A DNA stretch of 64,000 nucleotides from Balanoglossus misakiensis (taxonomy: Eukaryota > Animalia > Hemichordata). The translations under genes and the position numbers were made by a program. Each line of letters starts with the position of its first letter. The stretch's first letter is position 1. Positions 12,394 through 50,396 of this stretch are shown piece after piece. Where the stretch lies: positions 7,104,043 through 7,168,042 of the forward strand of contig CM082593.2 in NCBI GenBank assembly GCA_040954595.2. The letters run 5' to 3'. Under the pieces are notes generated by a model. It was not told the origin of the DNA. It saw nothing but the letters and a program-made list of their open reading frames with translations, and searched no databases.

Positions 12394-14634
12394 CTGTGTG
12401 AGAAAGGGGGAGAGAGAGAAGTCAGCTGACAATATGAACCCTGACCTCCTAGTAACCTATGACCTATGAACTGTCCCATATTGATATGTGTATAAGAGCT
12501 TTATGACAGCAAAGCTTGCAGCATATTACTAATAAGGCACCATTAAAGCACCATCTTCCTACTCACTGTCGGCATGGTAGCAGCCAACGGTACCATAGCA
12601 ACGGACAAACAGCGAAAGAAAATGGTGACCCTCCTCTGGAACTTGGTGGGCTCTACAGGTCGAAGGCTGTGGAGCTCAATCACCAACAAGTTGCTGACGC
12701 CCAACACGAGCGGCAGTATCCAATAGGGGTCTGGTAGTGTAAGATCCGGAAACCAAATCCCTCCCTCTGAAGCCATACTCGGTACTAAAACACCTCTTTC
12801 TGCAAAGACAGATGAAACAGAGAATTAAATCAGTCAACAACCATACTAATCAGGTATCAAGATATGCTTACTTAGGGCCTGGCAATACCCAATGAAAATA
12901 TGCTTTCCTAGTCTACTTTATATCCAGGACTGGCAGCCATATTGGATTTATTGCAAAACAAAATCACAGGTTCATTATAATAATCAGCACTGTAGGTTAT
13001 ACATGTATTCCTAAAATGTCTGAGTACTGAATCTGGACAGGATTAAATACAAATTGGATTCTAGTTTGGAATATGAGAAAAGAATGTGGAATGCATAGGT
13101 CAGGGAGAAAGAAAATGGCTCCTACCTTGTCCTAGTGTCCCAGGAAACGCCCCGGACATGTTCCTAAGGGCAAACGACAGAAAGATCCACATCGGCAGCT
13201 GGACCCACAGCAGGAGGTCTCTTTTAAAAGGATGGCAATTTTCACGGATGTACAGATTTGTGATTGCTCTTCTCATCTGCGATGGTGATGGAAAAATATG
13301 TGCAGTACAATGCATTTTTAAATGAAATATTAGCTACTGTTGTAAACAAAATAATTACTGTTTCACCCCCATCTGTGGAGATCTAAGTTTACCACAGAAA
13401 ACAATTTATTTGGACCACACCATGGTGGTGACAGGGGGAACACAAGTAATGGTTTTGCTATTGTTTGTGAATTTCTATACTAATAAGATTGGACTGGTGA
13501 TGAGGTAGGCTAGTGTTTGGTTGGCCCAAAGCTGACCCGACTTGAAACCTAGTTTTGATCTGTACAGTACTATGTCACAAAAGAACTTGGTGTTCTTTAC
13601 CTGGATCCTGAAAAATATATTGGCTCTTCTCTTGTTCCAGTTTTGATTTTTTCGCTTATCTATCACATACTCTTTCAGCTTCATGGCGTAAGCCTTCATT
13701 TCTGGCTGCAAAAGTTCCAGCTTGGCGATGATGTAATGCTGATAGACAGCGAAGGGAAATGTCACCATGCCCCTCAGGGCGACCGTGGTCAAGACTATAC
13801 TCGCCCACCAGGGGAGCTGTGTGATGTCGTGTCCTGTCTCTAGCACTTGCTGCGCAAATGCAATGGGAGGCGAGTCCTTGTTGAAGAGGGTTTCGTACAA
13901 ACTCTGTTTTGATGCATCGGTGGAGTTTGGGTGGCTCGGAGCATGCACGGATACTGCTGGTCGCGTTCCCGCAAGGCTGTGACAGTACCATGGCTTGCTG
14001 TTTACAAAAACCTGCGAATGGGAATGTACTATATTGTGAATAAAACTGTGGAGGTGGGGTCACTTTGCATATTTCTAAAGTACAGGAGAGCAAAATAAAA
14101 AAGTAAATAATTGTCTCAAATTTGAAATTCAAAATGACTAACAATTTCTGTGTTAACTCCAATGAGTTATAAATGTCTCAAATTTGATTTTTTAATTGTT
14201 CTGAAAAATGAATAATGGACAATATGAATTACTTGGCAATGTCAATTTTGGCAGAGCCACAAGACGAAACTGTAGCACATACATGTAAGTGTAAATGTAG
14301 TTCGTTCTCGTGTGTCGATGGAAAATGTGATGACCACAGGTGGCCTACGTTCTGTTCGTGCAAGTTTGGCGATATGTGTCATTTGCTTGTGCGGTGGTCA
14401 TGCCCGCAGTCATTATCACATTTTTGGGTATGCACGCCTTTCAATGGGGAAAAAGCTAAAAAAAACTGGACATGTCAACCAGGTCAAATTGTAACCGAGC
14501 ATGTGAATTGAGTCATACCGTAACAGTCGCGCCCAAACTATCATAGACACGTTCATGCCCTCGAGACTGATGAGGTAAAACAGTCTACTCACCCTTGGTG
14601 ATCGAACAGTCGTGACAGCCACCCTTGCAAGCAT
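12205..14634 (-). CDS. COX18: Cytochrome c oxidase assembly protein COX18, mitochondrial (Oxa1/YidC family), 5 exons, 341 aa
   Basis: complement(join(12205..12393,12567..12799,13126..13276,13601..14011,14593..14634)); all introns GT-AG with consistent phases. Motifs: LPWWASIVLTTVALRGMVTFP, NCHPFK..LLWVQLPMWIFLSFALRNM, GGIWFPDLTLPDPYWILP, SLYWATSS. Arg/Ser/Thr-rich N-terminus resembles a targeting peptide. Confidence 0.93.
12567..12799 (-). CDS. COX18: COX18 exon 4
   Basis: tttgcag|AA ... ACA|gtgagt; GGIWFPDLTLPDPYWILP. Confidence 0.9.
13126..13276 (-). CDS. COX18: COX18 exon 3
   Basis: cgcag|ATG ... CAA G|gtagga; LYIRENCHPFK. Confidence 0.9.
13601..14011 (-). CDS. COX18: COX18 exon 2
   Basis: ttcgcag|GTT ... 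CAG|gtaaag; LPWWASIVLTT. Confidence 0.88.
14593..14634 (-). CDS. COX18: COX18 exon 1 (MLARVAVTTVRSPR)
   Basis: aaacATG start, AGG|gtgagt donor, phase 0 matches exon 2. Confidence 0.75.
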
Positions 14635-16412
14635 GTTTTCTGGTCCACTACACCAGAATGGTAAAACTGAGAAAGATCACGTTAGGTTTCGATGGAGGCA
14701 GCCATTTTGGAAGCATCTGACCTGATTTGACCTGTCGGGCCTGACAAGAACAAGAGGTCTGCCGCTGGGGGCGCACAGTACAATTGGACCAGGCATGTGT
14801 TTCGCTATTGACAGAATGACGTGTATTTTATGTTGAGTGCAGGCAATGACAATCGCGACTACCACAGCCAGTATTAAGTACGTGTAGTGTTAATTCTTTA
14901 AATGCTGTCAAGCCACAAACAGAAAACATGACAGCGACCATAGCCCATCAGACGTATTAAAGACTTGTGAAAAAGCAACTTTTACAATTACCATTTATTT
15001 AAAGTTTTCAATTTCTAATGCTCTATGATTCCCCGTCTGTTTAAAATGTATATGGAAGAATAGATGTAATAATAGTATATAATTCAAGGTTCTATAGTTA
15101 CATAAAGACACATTGAACGTTGCATAAAGCCTGTGGTTATATGCGAGTATGTCAATTTTTCATTAATTCGATATTAGTTTTTCTCCATTTTACAATAAAT
15201 TATTCAGTAAATTGACTTCTTTTCTATCCATAAAAAAGAAACCAGACATTGATAAGAAAAGGCCAAATTATCATTTCTCTTATACATTTTTATTTGACAT
15301 GAATATGAGGGTCATTCTCCTAACGAAATCGTGCGAAGTGGTGATAGTTAGGTGCATGGAAAAGTCTTTGATAGAAGATTACATAATTATTATATTGTCA
15401 AGAACAGACAAATTAATGCCATTCATAATTGCAATTTCCCGTTTCAACCGAGGCTTCAGAGCAGAAGTGACACGATAGGCTAGCTTTCCAAATAATTTGA
15501 AGCAAGCGGGAATTGGGACAAAGTTATATTTCATCCGTTTATCCCCAAACATAAATCACTCTGATAGAATTCTGAAAAAGTGAATGCAATGAAAATATTA
15601 TCGTCTGACTATGGGATTATCTGCTCGTGAGCAAAGACATCGTTAGACCACTACACAATCAGCCGTCTGAATTCTGTATATGTAATTTCATATTAAGGGC
15701 GACGATAAACATGATTACCGTCCATTTTCAAATTACCTTGCCTGGGGCAATTTAATCTGGTCCGTATTCTGTCAAATTTGCTTGGGATTTGCAATAAAAT
15801 ACTGTCACCAATAATTAGACGACATTTATTTGATATTTCTCCCCCATCAGATCTTGAATACATCCAGATATTAAATGCACATCCATAAAACTAATCCGAT
15901 GTTTTTATTCAACGACAATTTGATGCACTCTCGTGAAACCGTCTGTCAGTAATGTAACTGTGTATACCTCAATATCTGTTTTATTTGGTTAAATATTTCT
16001 CCCATATAGGTTTTTATTATAAATGGGTCATTTTAACAGTATTTTGTACTGATGCTCTCTTTTTTGGAACATATATGTTTTTTTTGAAATCCTTTCAAAC
16101 ACAAATAGCATGCATGATGCACCCGAATGCACACACCGACAGTGTATTTTGTGCGATTCTTTCTCGAATTGGATAAAAGATCGAAATGTACAGAAATATA
16201 TTATTATAGTGAACTTGAAGTCACCTGAATATGAATAAAACAAAACTACTGTCATCTTCAAAATGTCAAACTCATCGAAGCAAATAACACGCGTTGATGT
16301 TTAAAACCTAAACTGGCCACAGAAGAACTCAAGCTCCACGCTCCACCGCCTCGAAGATGAAGCAAGTTCTGAACTCTCCGCTTTCGAGTGTCTGCCTCGA
16401 AGAAAGACCTGT

Positions 16413-16485
16413 CACTGAGCATGTGTAGTGTGCCTCCTCCACTGAGCATGTGCAAAGAGTTTCCCCTCCACTGAGCATGTGCGCG
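16413..16485. promoter_or_regulatory. Three spaced copies of CACTGAGCATGTG (NRF1-like motif cluster)
   Basis: Exact 13-mer at 16413, 16440 and 16469; resembles the NRF1 consensus TGCGCATGCGC. Confidence 0.45.
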
Positions 16486-17081
16486 AAACATGACAGCCAG
16501 GTAATGAAACGTTTACAAAAAGCAAGAAATATCAATCAACTTCGCCGTCCCATTTTCAAAATTGATGTCTTTTTTTATACAGCAAGATAAATGTCAAACA
16601 GGAAGAATGATTGCGATGTTTTTTTTACTGGCATTTAAAACGACCCAACCAGGTACCTGTTCAAAGCCTTGTTTCAGTCATGTGCCCGTCTCCATGGAGA
16701 TAACATGATTTTCCAATTCTCCCAACAGCATCTTTTCCTATAAATCACCAGTACATCTCCAATTACCGCAAAATCAAATTCATAGTTCAAAAAAAAAAAA
16801 TCCACATCTTCATTCAAATTTAGTAAAAATGGAAATATTTTGAAAGTTTATTGTGGATGTGTTGATGGCAATATATTGATGACGTGTAGTTAGTTGGTGA
16901 CGTGAATGGAAATTTAATCGCATTTTGAGAACAGAAATTCATTATATTTTACTACACCTATATGACAAAATCTGACGCACTTGTCATCAATTTGATAGTG
17001 TTGTTCTCAATATTCTCGGAATTTATTGCTTTTCAATTCTCTTAATGGTCACACACATCAGTGACTAGACTAACATTCTAA

Positions 17082-17254
17082 GGGGAGAACCATTTGACAT
17101 CTTGGAGGGGGGGATTTGGGTATGTCAGCAAAGTTTTTCTCTTGATTGCCAGTCCACCTTTTTTTCAAGGCACTGTAGAAGCAAATTGTTTCCCCTCCAC
17201 ACCACTTGCCAAAATCCTCTATCCACCCCCTCCAGAAATCAAACGGTCCTCCCC
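17082..17254. mobile_element. PIF/Harbinger-like MITE with TAA TSD
   Basis: taa|ggggagaaccatttgacatcttggaggggg ... ccccctccagaaatcaaacggtcctcccc|taa. Confidence 0.75.
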
Positions 17255-17568
17255 TAAGTTAGGGTTACATTCAACACCTGGGGGGGGGGGGCTGCTCAAG
17301 GACCATGTTGGAAACTCATTCAGCCAAGTTTTGAACTGAACTGACTCAGGAACTTTGCCGATTATCAGCACGAGTTATTCGTCAAGAAGAGAAAAAAAAC
17401 TTTCACACAAAATGCCCTGGGAGGATTTCCGCAATAAATGTCAACAAGTCACGCAGTTCGTGTGTGCATGTTGAATGCAGGAAAAGCATTAACCTCAAAC
17501 TGAGGCCAGGTTGTAAATGTTCAATATACAATGTATAAAAGTGCAATGTCGTGGTGTCCTCAACCTGT

Positions 17569-17702
17569 TTAAAGGTATACAGTCACCTATGGAAAATTAG
17601 CAATAGTTACCATGGCAAATTGAGATCTAGCCAATCACAGATTTTCAAGAGCGCCACCATATGTTCTTTAGCCATATATGGGCGTATGTAAATTGGAGGT
17701 CG
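17569..17702. mobile_element. Kolobok-like MITE family, partial copy (TTAA-AGGTATACAGTCACC end)
   Basis: Shares gttaccatggcaaattgagatctagccaatcac and gtatgtaaattggaggt, inverted, with 31390-31572. Confidence 0.65.
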
Positions 17703-20700
17703 AACAAATTGTTCAGTTTGCAGAAGAGTCTGGTTTACAGAGGTTCTTGTAATACGGGTTCAGTATAGACGTGTCCAGATAAGATAGGGTTCAGTTTAGA
17801 CAGGTTTTACTGTACAAGACTATGGGGGTGACAGAGGGGTTGAAAAAACCAAGACGACACACAGATTATTTAAAGAGAAGTTTATATTTGGAACACTGAA
17901 AAGTTTACAATAGCAATAAGAATTGTTTTAAAATGGTAAATGGCTTCCCCAAACATTTTTTTTATTTCTCAGGGAAATAAGAGTACTTCTTTGACCCCAA
18001 ACACAAGTATAAAATGTACACACTTATATTTTTAAGCTTCTGGTACGGGTTACAGGATCTCACACTCTATTCTCGGATTAATTTTCCCCCTGATTCACTG
18101 TTCGATCTAAATATCCCCCGTTTCATTGAATTTTTTCCTCCCCCAACCCTCGTTTGATTGTTACAATGCAATATCCCTGCCTCGGTTCGGGCAAGCATTT
18201 GAATATATTTACAAGTAAACCCTGCCCCCTTTCTCTTTACACCCCCTGCGTCCTGCTGCAACTTGGAGTAATCCCCCTGCATCTCGGCGCGACCGGGCTA
18301 GTCCACGTCGCAGAAAGCAGGGGTGGAAAGCAAAGGGAAGTCGGGGGGAAAAATGTACACGAAAAGCTGTTACTGTTTAACATTCCACAGGTGAACCACC
18401 AAGATATAAGCTATAAAGACTGGCATCAAGAACAGACTAATTTTTAATTTTATTTGCCGGGAACACCAAGATATTTTTTGAAAGCCAATTTTTGTTATAG
18501 GTGTAAGAGAATGCGAAGTATAGGTGAATGACTTAGAATCTATTTAGAATTCATTATGGCGGGCACACATACCACACATGAACTGCTTCATCGCCCGACA
18601 CCCTCAAACGAGCCCTCTGCCCCCTCCCCTTTTAGTCATTATCGTGCTTGAAGAATTTAAAGGGGTATGTCCCTCGCCGCAAATAGCCACTGCTAGACCA
18701 ACTGGCAAATTTGGGTGGGGGGTCAATCCGAACAGGCTGCATATGTGACGCCGAATTTGTCTGGAGAAGCGAATTCAAGACATCAAACGCACGAAGTCCA
18801 GAAAACGCAGACATACCTGCTTGGTGGGACGTATACATTTGAACTTCACAAATGTAACTCTGGACTCAGTTCAGAAATGTAAATATGCGCAATGAGATAA
18901 GTACTTCAGAATAATTTAACAGAGAGAGGAGTGGGGGGGGGGTATCAGAAAGCACCCCCAACTCTTTTGTTGACCATTAATCTTCTTCTAACTTTTATTT
19001 CATAGTTCCGAAATATCTTACTGTGTGGGCTACAATCAGCTGAAGTCCACTCAGCTGAAGTTGCCAGTGGCAACAGAGGAGGGCGAAAGAGGAGGAGGAT
19101 GAAGCAGAACGGTGTTGTTGCTATGCTAACCGCCATTGTACACATCATCAATGACTTTCCAACCACATCTACAAAATTGCAAATACCAAGTAGGAAAAAT
19201 GTTACCATAGTAAGAATAAAAAAAGGAAACGCCTTCATGATTTTTTTTTAAAAACCCTACTGATTTTTTTTTTCATTGCTATTTTTTTTTCAGTGCCATG
19301 TGGATTGCCTGAGAGTCATTTTCTCTAGATATTTTCCCGCCTGGTCCTAGTTTTCTTGAGCCAGATGAAGTTCTGGATAGTCGTTATTTCTGCAATGCAT
19401 ATTTGTTTTTAAATTATGCTTGTTCAAGAAGTCTCATGCATAACAGAGGTAAGTTCAAGCAAAGTTTCTAAACTTGGCCGTTATCTGGATCTCGGAACAA
19501 GCTATGTAATAAATATATCAGCCTATAAAAACTGTTTGACAGTTTCGAGCCATGCACTAAAAACGAGAGATTGATTTTTCAAGGGGTTAAAATTGCACCT
19601 CTTTATTTTGTTCACATTAATAGTATGTCTAAAGAACTAGTTTCCTTTGGCCAATTTTGACTTTGAAGACATTTTAAACAGACAAATGGCCAGGGGGGAT
19701 AGCAGTGGATGTGGAAATCACCTGTTGACAGTAATTCCCCACAATATTCCCCACATATGGGGAAACAGGGCGAGAGGGTTCGGAAAATGACAGTGGTATA
19801 CATTTCTGACAATGCAGTAACATAAACAATCACAGATACTGCAGAATAAATAGGAAATGTAATTTTTCGATTTTGCAAACTTCAAGAGACGCGCCCGCAC
19901 TGTCATGTCTGCCCCTGGCCTGGCTTGTCCGAAAATCCCCACATAAGTAGACACCGTTGTTTTGTTTTTTCTTTTAGGTGGGACCATTCAAAAGAAGACC
20001 TCTGTACCACAGCTGGTACTTCTAGTGTGACGAAGGAGCCATTTCGTGCACCAGCAAGTCTAAGCCAGCCACTCACAAAATTCACCACAAAAGACTTTTT
20101 TCAAAAGAACAACAATCCGTACAGCTCGCAAGAAAAGTACTAGCCACCAAACTGCTTACGGCTTTCAAAATCAAAATGAAATGAATTTCTTTATATATAA
20201 TATAAAAAAAAAAAAACACGACACTGACATGTATAAACATTTGCAATAAACGGTGTTACTTATATCATTCATTTTTCACAACATGCCCATTGCCAGTGTA
20301 TATTATTATTTTGCCATCCCTGAAAAATTTGAGCTCTTTTTCTCAATTTCTGATAAGGAGACTATCTACTTTATAATTGGGTCATCATGTGGTGCATCAA
20401 AATCAAATGTATCATTTCTTATCATAACACCAATAAAGTCACAAGAATTTCAACGTCTCAAAAAAAGGGTTTACAAAACCGTGTCATACTGCAAAAACCA
20501 AGAGTCGGTATTCTCCTCATGGGAAGAAAAAATTTCCATCAGTAGTGTAGTAGCTTGCCCATGTGCAAAACTTGAGAAAAAATGCGAGTATCACTTTACT
20601 GAACAGAATCCTATTTTCAAATGTAGGTGTTTGGCAACTTTCTCTTTTTGCATACATCAATCTGTTGTTGCCGAGGGCAACTCACTTAAACAGTTGTTTT

Positions 20701-21336
20701 TATGTCTCTGTGATTATGTATATTTTGGACTTGACTGCCAGACTTAACCTGTAGCAAAATGCACTTTTGGACTTGTTGCAGCGGTAATATTGTAACATGG
20801 TTGTGACTGTATCACACCAGACTTGCTATGCCACACGGCTCGGGTACAGCACTGGATTTTGGCGACCCTTACACAGAGGCAAGATTTTGGTTCCCTAACA
20901 CAGAATATTTTAAATCGGACCAAAATATTTTCAAGTTTTAAGGCAAAAAATGTTTTAAAAAGACTACTACACAACATGGAAGCAAATAAGCAATTACAGC
21001 ACTTGGCATTATGTCCTAAAGATCAAAATGACTTAAAAACATAGGATAATTTGCGATATAATTATGATTGCATACAGCTTTACCACTAAGTGTTATTGTG
21101 TGGAAATTGTCACATTTTCATGGCATCGTTTTAACTTTCAGCATCTAATTGAGTTGCATTCCAGTAACTTCTGTCTGTTGACCCCTTAGTTTTTCTTTCC
21201 TTAATTCTGTAGTTTTATTTTCCTAAGACGAAAGCAACAATTCTACAAATGCCGATGGAAATTTAGTCCTTTTCTCAAGGTGATATACACAAGGAAAAGT
21301 ACACGCTTCTGAAGACTTATCTTTGGCAATCTGTGT

Positions 21337-21522
21337 AAAATTCCACCAATGAATGAGGTTCAACATTCAGACAACACCTCTGATTGGCTACCTAATTCAA
21401 AAATTCGACCAATGAGGCGCAGTTTTCTTTATGCAACACCGGTGATTGGCTACCTAATTTAAAAATTCAACCAATGAGGCGCCGTTTTGTTCAGACAACA
21501 CCACGTGATTGGCTACCTAATT
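21337..21522. repeat. Three tandem ~62-bp units, each with CCAAT and ATTGG
   Basis: tgattggctacctaatt at 21381, 21443 and 21506; ccaatga at 21346, 21409 and 21471. Confidence 0.85.
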
Positions 21523-22333
21523 TTTTTCAGTCAAGAGCCTGGCAAATAATCGCTGGAGACCACGGCATGTTTTTTTTTTCTGTTACAAGAGATGTCAATC
21601 CACATGGACACAGTGACAAGATAGAAAAAATTGGCTTCAGTAGCTAGTAGGACTCCTTAAAATCTATTTTTGAAGTTTTTTTCTCTTTGTAAGATTTGAA
21701 TTATGGAACTTTTAAGTGTTTAAATCTTCTTTCACAAGACTCAAAGTGTAATAGTTAAAATGGGAAAAAATGTCAATGATGCACTGATTTATAATTTTTT
21801 TTTTTCTCCACAAAGGCCAAGAAAAGTGGATTGCAGGCATGTAGTCGATCGATCGATTCTCTCAGCAATGTTTTTTGGCTGTAGAAGTGTGATAACCCAC
21901 TGAACTCCCCTCCAACGCTTCATGCAGACCCCTTCATTTTAAAAACTCACAGAAACATAAAGTACATGTAGAAAGTTTCCCTGCCCAGTACGTAATGAAT
22001 GAATGAATACACAAAAAATGTCTGAAAAAAAAGAAAGTGATATGCACAAATCACAATTTCTTGATTATTTAAAACGATTCTTTATAAAGCTGACAAGATA
22101 ACTCGAGGCTGACACCAATTGACCCGTCCCCCTCACCTACCCTGACAAAGTGCATTACCCTTCCCGCAGATAACCCACCCTGTGCCCCTAAATAACACAA
22201 AGATGAATGCACTACTCCCCCTTTCCCCAGAAAAAAATACACTTATTTAAACATGATGACAAGGCAACGGATTTGCATGAAGTGTTACAGTGAGTGACAG
22301 TATGGTCCAATGAAAAAGCACCGTCCAAGACTG

Positions 22334-47168
<24,835 letters not shown>

Positions 47169-47380
47169 GGCTGATGGCTTCTAGAATTAAAGAGAGAAAA
47201 TTAATTGTCCGATGGCGATGCAATCGTTGTGATCAGCCTGGATTCTCGTCTCTATACTAAAATTCTATCGGCTGCATAACCTGTCAGGATTCCGTTCGCA
47301 AGATGGCGTCAAAAACATCTCATTTGCATACTGATAAAACGCGCATGATCAGTTGAACGAAGGAGGTTTCGCTGGAAAGT
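47169..47380 (-). promoter_or_regulatory. Calcineurin A 5' UTR / core promoter region
   Basis: Local CpG enrichment; YY1-like caagatggcg (~47298), octamer atttgcat (~47322), NRF1-like gcgcatg (~47341). Confidence 0.5.
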
Positions 47381-48339
47381 TTACTTTTCAACCACAGAAA
47401 AATGAAATTTGTAATTGTATCCCAGAAAATATATTTAAAATTTCATCCTTCAAAAAACCATCGTTTACTTAACATCACAGTACAACTTATTAAAATCAAA
47501 ACCCACCATAAAGTAACCCTGGGCTGGAGACAAATTTATGAATTAGAAATTTTTTTTGTATCCAATCAGTGTTAGTTTTGACAGGTTTGACTTTAAATAT
47601 ATATATTTCTGTTAATTAATTTTGTAAATAAATCCCCTTTTGACAATAATCAGCAGCATAACAACAGAAAATGAAGCGCCAAGCTATTGGTTTGCAAAAA
47701 GTGTTCACATGTAGAAAGTTTTGCATAAAGGTGAATGGCCTGAACACATGTGCAAATCAATACAGAAGGACATCTTGTTATATTTATATGTTGGATTTAA
47801 AAAAATATATTTCACCATATGGCATGTAAAACTGAACAGAGTCAATAACATGCATAAATTGTATTAAAAATATCTTCTAAAAAATATCAGACATTATACG
47901 ATGTCTCCTGATGACTATGAAGATGCTTGCAAAAGTAGAAGTCTCAATCCTGTATATTTTCAGCTTTTGATGTATTGCTGCTGTTGCCTCTCAGAGAGAT
48001 GAGTTCACTATATAGGACAATTAGAAACATTGTCCTTTTCTTCGAAATTGTTCGATGTAATAGAATATGTCATAATCATGGTGTTTTAAAAAGGATGTAC
48101 TTTTAGTTCAGTAGTCATTATAGATTGTTTCAAGGGCTTAGTGTTACAATCATAATAAATCTCAAAAAGTACATTCACATACAGTTTTGTAGGTGATCCA
48201 GTTACAGTATGATAAAGTGCAGGTGTGAGGACATGGAATGGGTGTCCAGCTGACAGCTGACAGCCAGCAAAAATCAACTGGCTACTTGGCCCTTTCTTGC
48301 AGACTACTTTTCAGTAAAGTCTTCTCAAATCTCAAACAT

Positions 48340-48512
48340 TTTGAAGTTCAAATTTGAGGCAATTAATTTATGCAGCAGTCACATTGAAAATTTTGCATGC
48401 ATGGTCACCCTTAGTTTTTATCCTCAATTTTTAGAGAGGATAATCTGAAGTTGCTTTGGGGAAAAATAGGAGAAAAGTTTAAAGACTAATTTTTCAGGTG
48501 TACACTACTTAA
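48340..48512. mobile_element. TTAA-terminated interspersed repeat fragment (same family as 29449-29645, inverted)
   Basis: Reverse complement aligns by eye with 29449-29615; ends ...tacactacttaa. Confidence 0.55.
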
Positions 48513-50261
48513 GCACAGAGAACACAAAATACTTTGTCTATTAAAACTAAACACCAGGCTTGACCCAACAATCACTTGCCTAAAAATATTCACACTCTTT
48601 ACAACTATTACCACATGTAAAAAAATCTTCATCACATCAAATAAAACCTTGTCATCTTCATTTCTCATATCGCCAAATTTCATTACTTGAAAGAGCGTAA
48701 CTCGATCACGGAGAGGGTGACCTTCACATTGCAATGAGATTAAATTGTCTGTGTGTGCATGTCCTATGATTGAGGTCAGAAGACACAGAAAGAAAGGCGA
48801 CTATATAATTGATTGCTTTCTCTTCTGTATTGCGCTTTTGAGAACGTATTATTGATTATGACTTCATTTTTCTGCCGGAAAATGTCCAACTGTTTATTGC
48901 ATTCAATGGTGGATTATATAAGCAGTAGAGGTAAAAATGACTTGATTTTTATTCACTTTTTAGAAATATATTACCGCACAAGATTGGTTCCACAGATATC
49001 TTGAATATTTTAATTTCCTCGCTCAGACTACAACAATGGTATGATTACAATTCATTAATAAAATAAACTGTAGGATTATTAAAACATACTGTTGGCGAAA
49101 ACGTTATTTTCTGAAAAGTCTAATTTGACTGAAATGAAATTGTTTTAAAACTGGGTCATCAATGTACAATGAAACAAAGAAACCAAATAGTATAATTTGC
49201 AATTTGAAAATATTCTGAAAAAAATAGTTGGTCAGCATAGGAATTAATTAATGTACCTCCACTTGGTAAGAATGTATGGGTAAAAATTTCAAATAAAAAT
49301 AAATAAACTGAACAAATATTAAAAGTATATAAAAAAATTAACCTATATAAATTCAAATTATTACTACTCTACTTTTATTTTATTATCAGAAAAAAGTGAG
49401 CGTGAGTTTAAAAACTATTAAATTGATGGGTCTCTGTTTTGAGTTATTCAATATTCAATTAGTAGGTACTTATCTGTGTCATGTATAGTATTCCTTCGAT
49501 ACACTGTCAGAGATAAACTCAGTCTGAGACATCAAGATGAATAATTTATACACACCACTGTTTGCTGAATTAACTAATATGCTGTGTTGTCTAATTTGCA
49601 TGCTGTGCCTGTATTGGAGCAATACAATCATTTCTAATTTATGCATGCCCATATATGGTCACAAGAGTGTCGAAGTGCCATCAACTCTCAAATATGAGTT
49701 CTTGTTAATGATGTATCGCAAAAAGTTTATCCAATTTCTTGTTTTCAAGTAAACTATAAACCAAATCAAATAAAATTTAATATACTCAATTTAACGAAAA
49801 TTCAAGGTATTCCTTTTTATGAAAATGAATGCTTCATGAGTCAGTCATTGATGAGAGATACTTGTGCCGGTAAACATATAGTATCTTCTACTGGTGATTT
49901 AAAAAATGCAAACATACATTTCTCCTTCATTTCCATTCCATTTGATAAGATAGGGTTCTAAACGACAGTCAACAAGGTGAGCATTAATAAATTGCATGAT
50001 ATAAAAAAAATAATCTCTGAGTATGAGCCATCCTGGAAGGGATATACATGTAGATATGCTTTGAAAATGTTCCTGATTGCTAATTGACTTAAAATGAATG
50101 CATACTCATACTCTACAGATCAGGTGAAGTTTCACATGACAACTGTAAACATTTGAAACACGTCCAGATATGATGACCCTTCAGTGTTCGTTGACTTCTT
50201 CCTTTGTAAATTCAACCCCCCCCCCCTTCCTTGAATATTTTCTTAACACCTGTTTGAGAGG

Positions 50262-50306
50262 CAGAGAGGGGGGGGGGAGAGGGAGAGAGAGAGAGGGGGG
50301 AGAGGC

Positions 50307-50341
<35 letters not shown>

Positions 50342-50396
50342 GAGAGAGACAGGCAGAGAGAGAGAGAGAGAAAGACAGACAGATAGACAGAAAGAA
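50262..50396. repeat. (AG)n/(ACAG)n microsatellite
   Basis: Directly visible. Confidence 0.92.

Noticed and set aside
13656-14162. 168-aa minus-strand ORF
   Set aside because: Alternative frame over COX18 exon 2 plus intron sequence
16413-16485. Repeat-spacer pattern resembling a mini-CRISPR
   Set aside because: Only three 13-bp repeats with ~15-bp spacers, in a eukaryotic context, with no cas genes
20253-20747. 164-aa + strand ORF
   Set aside because: No domain similarity or exon structure; antisense to the probable calcineurin 3' UTR
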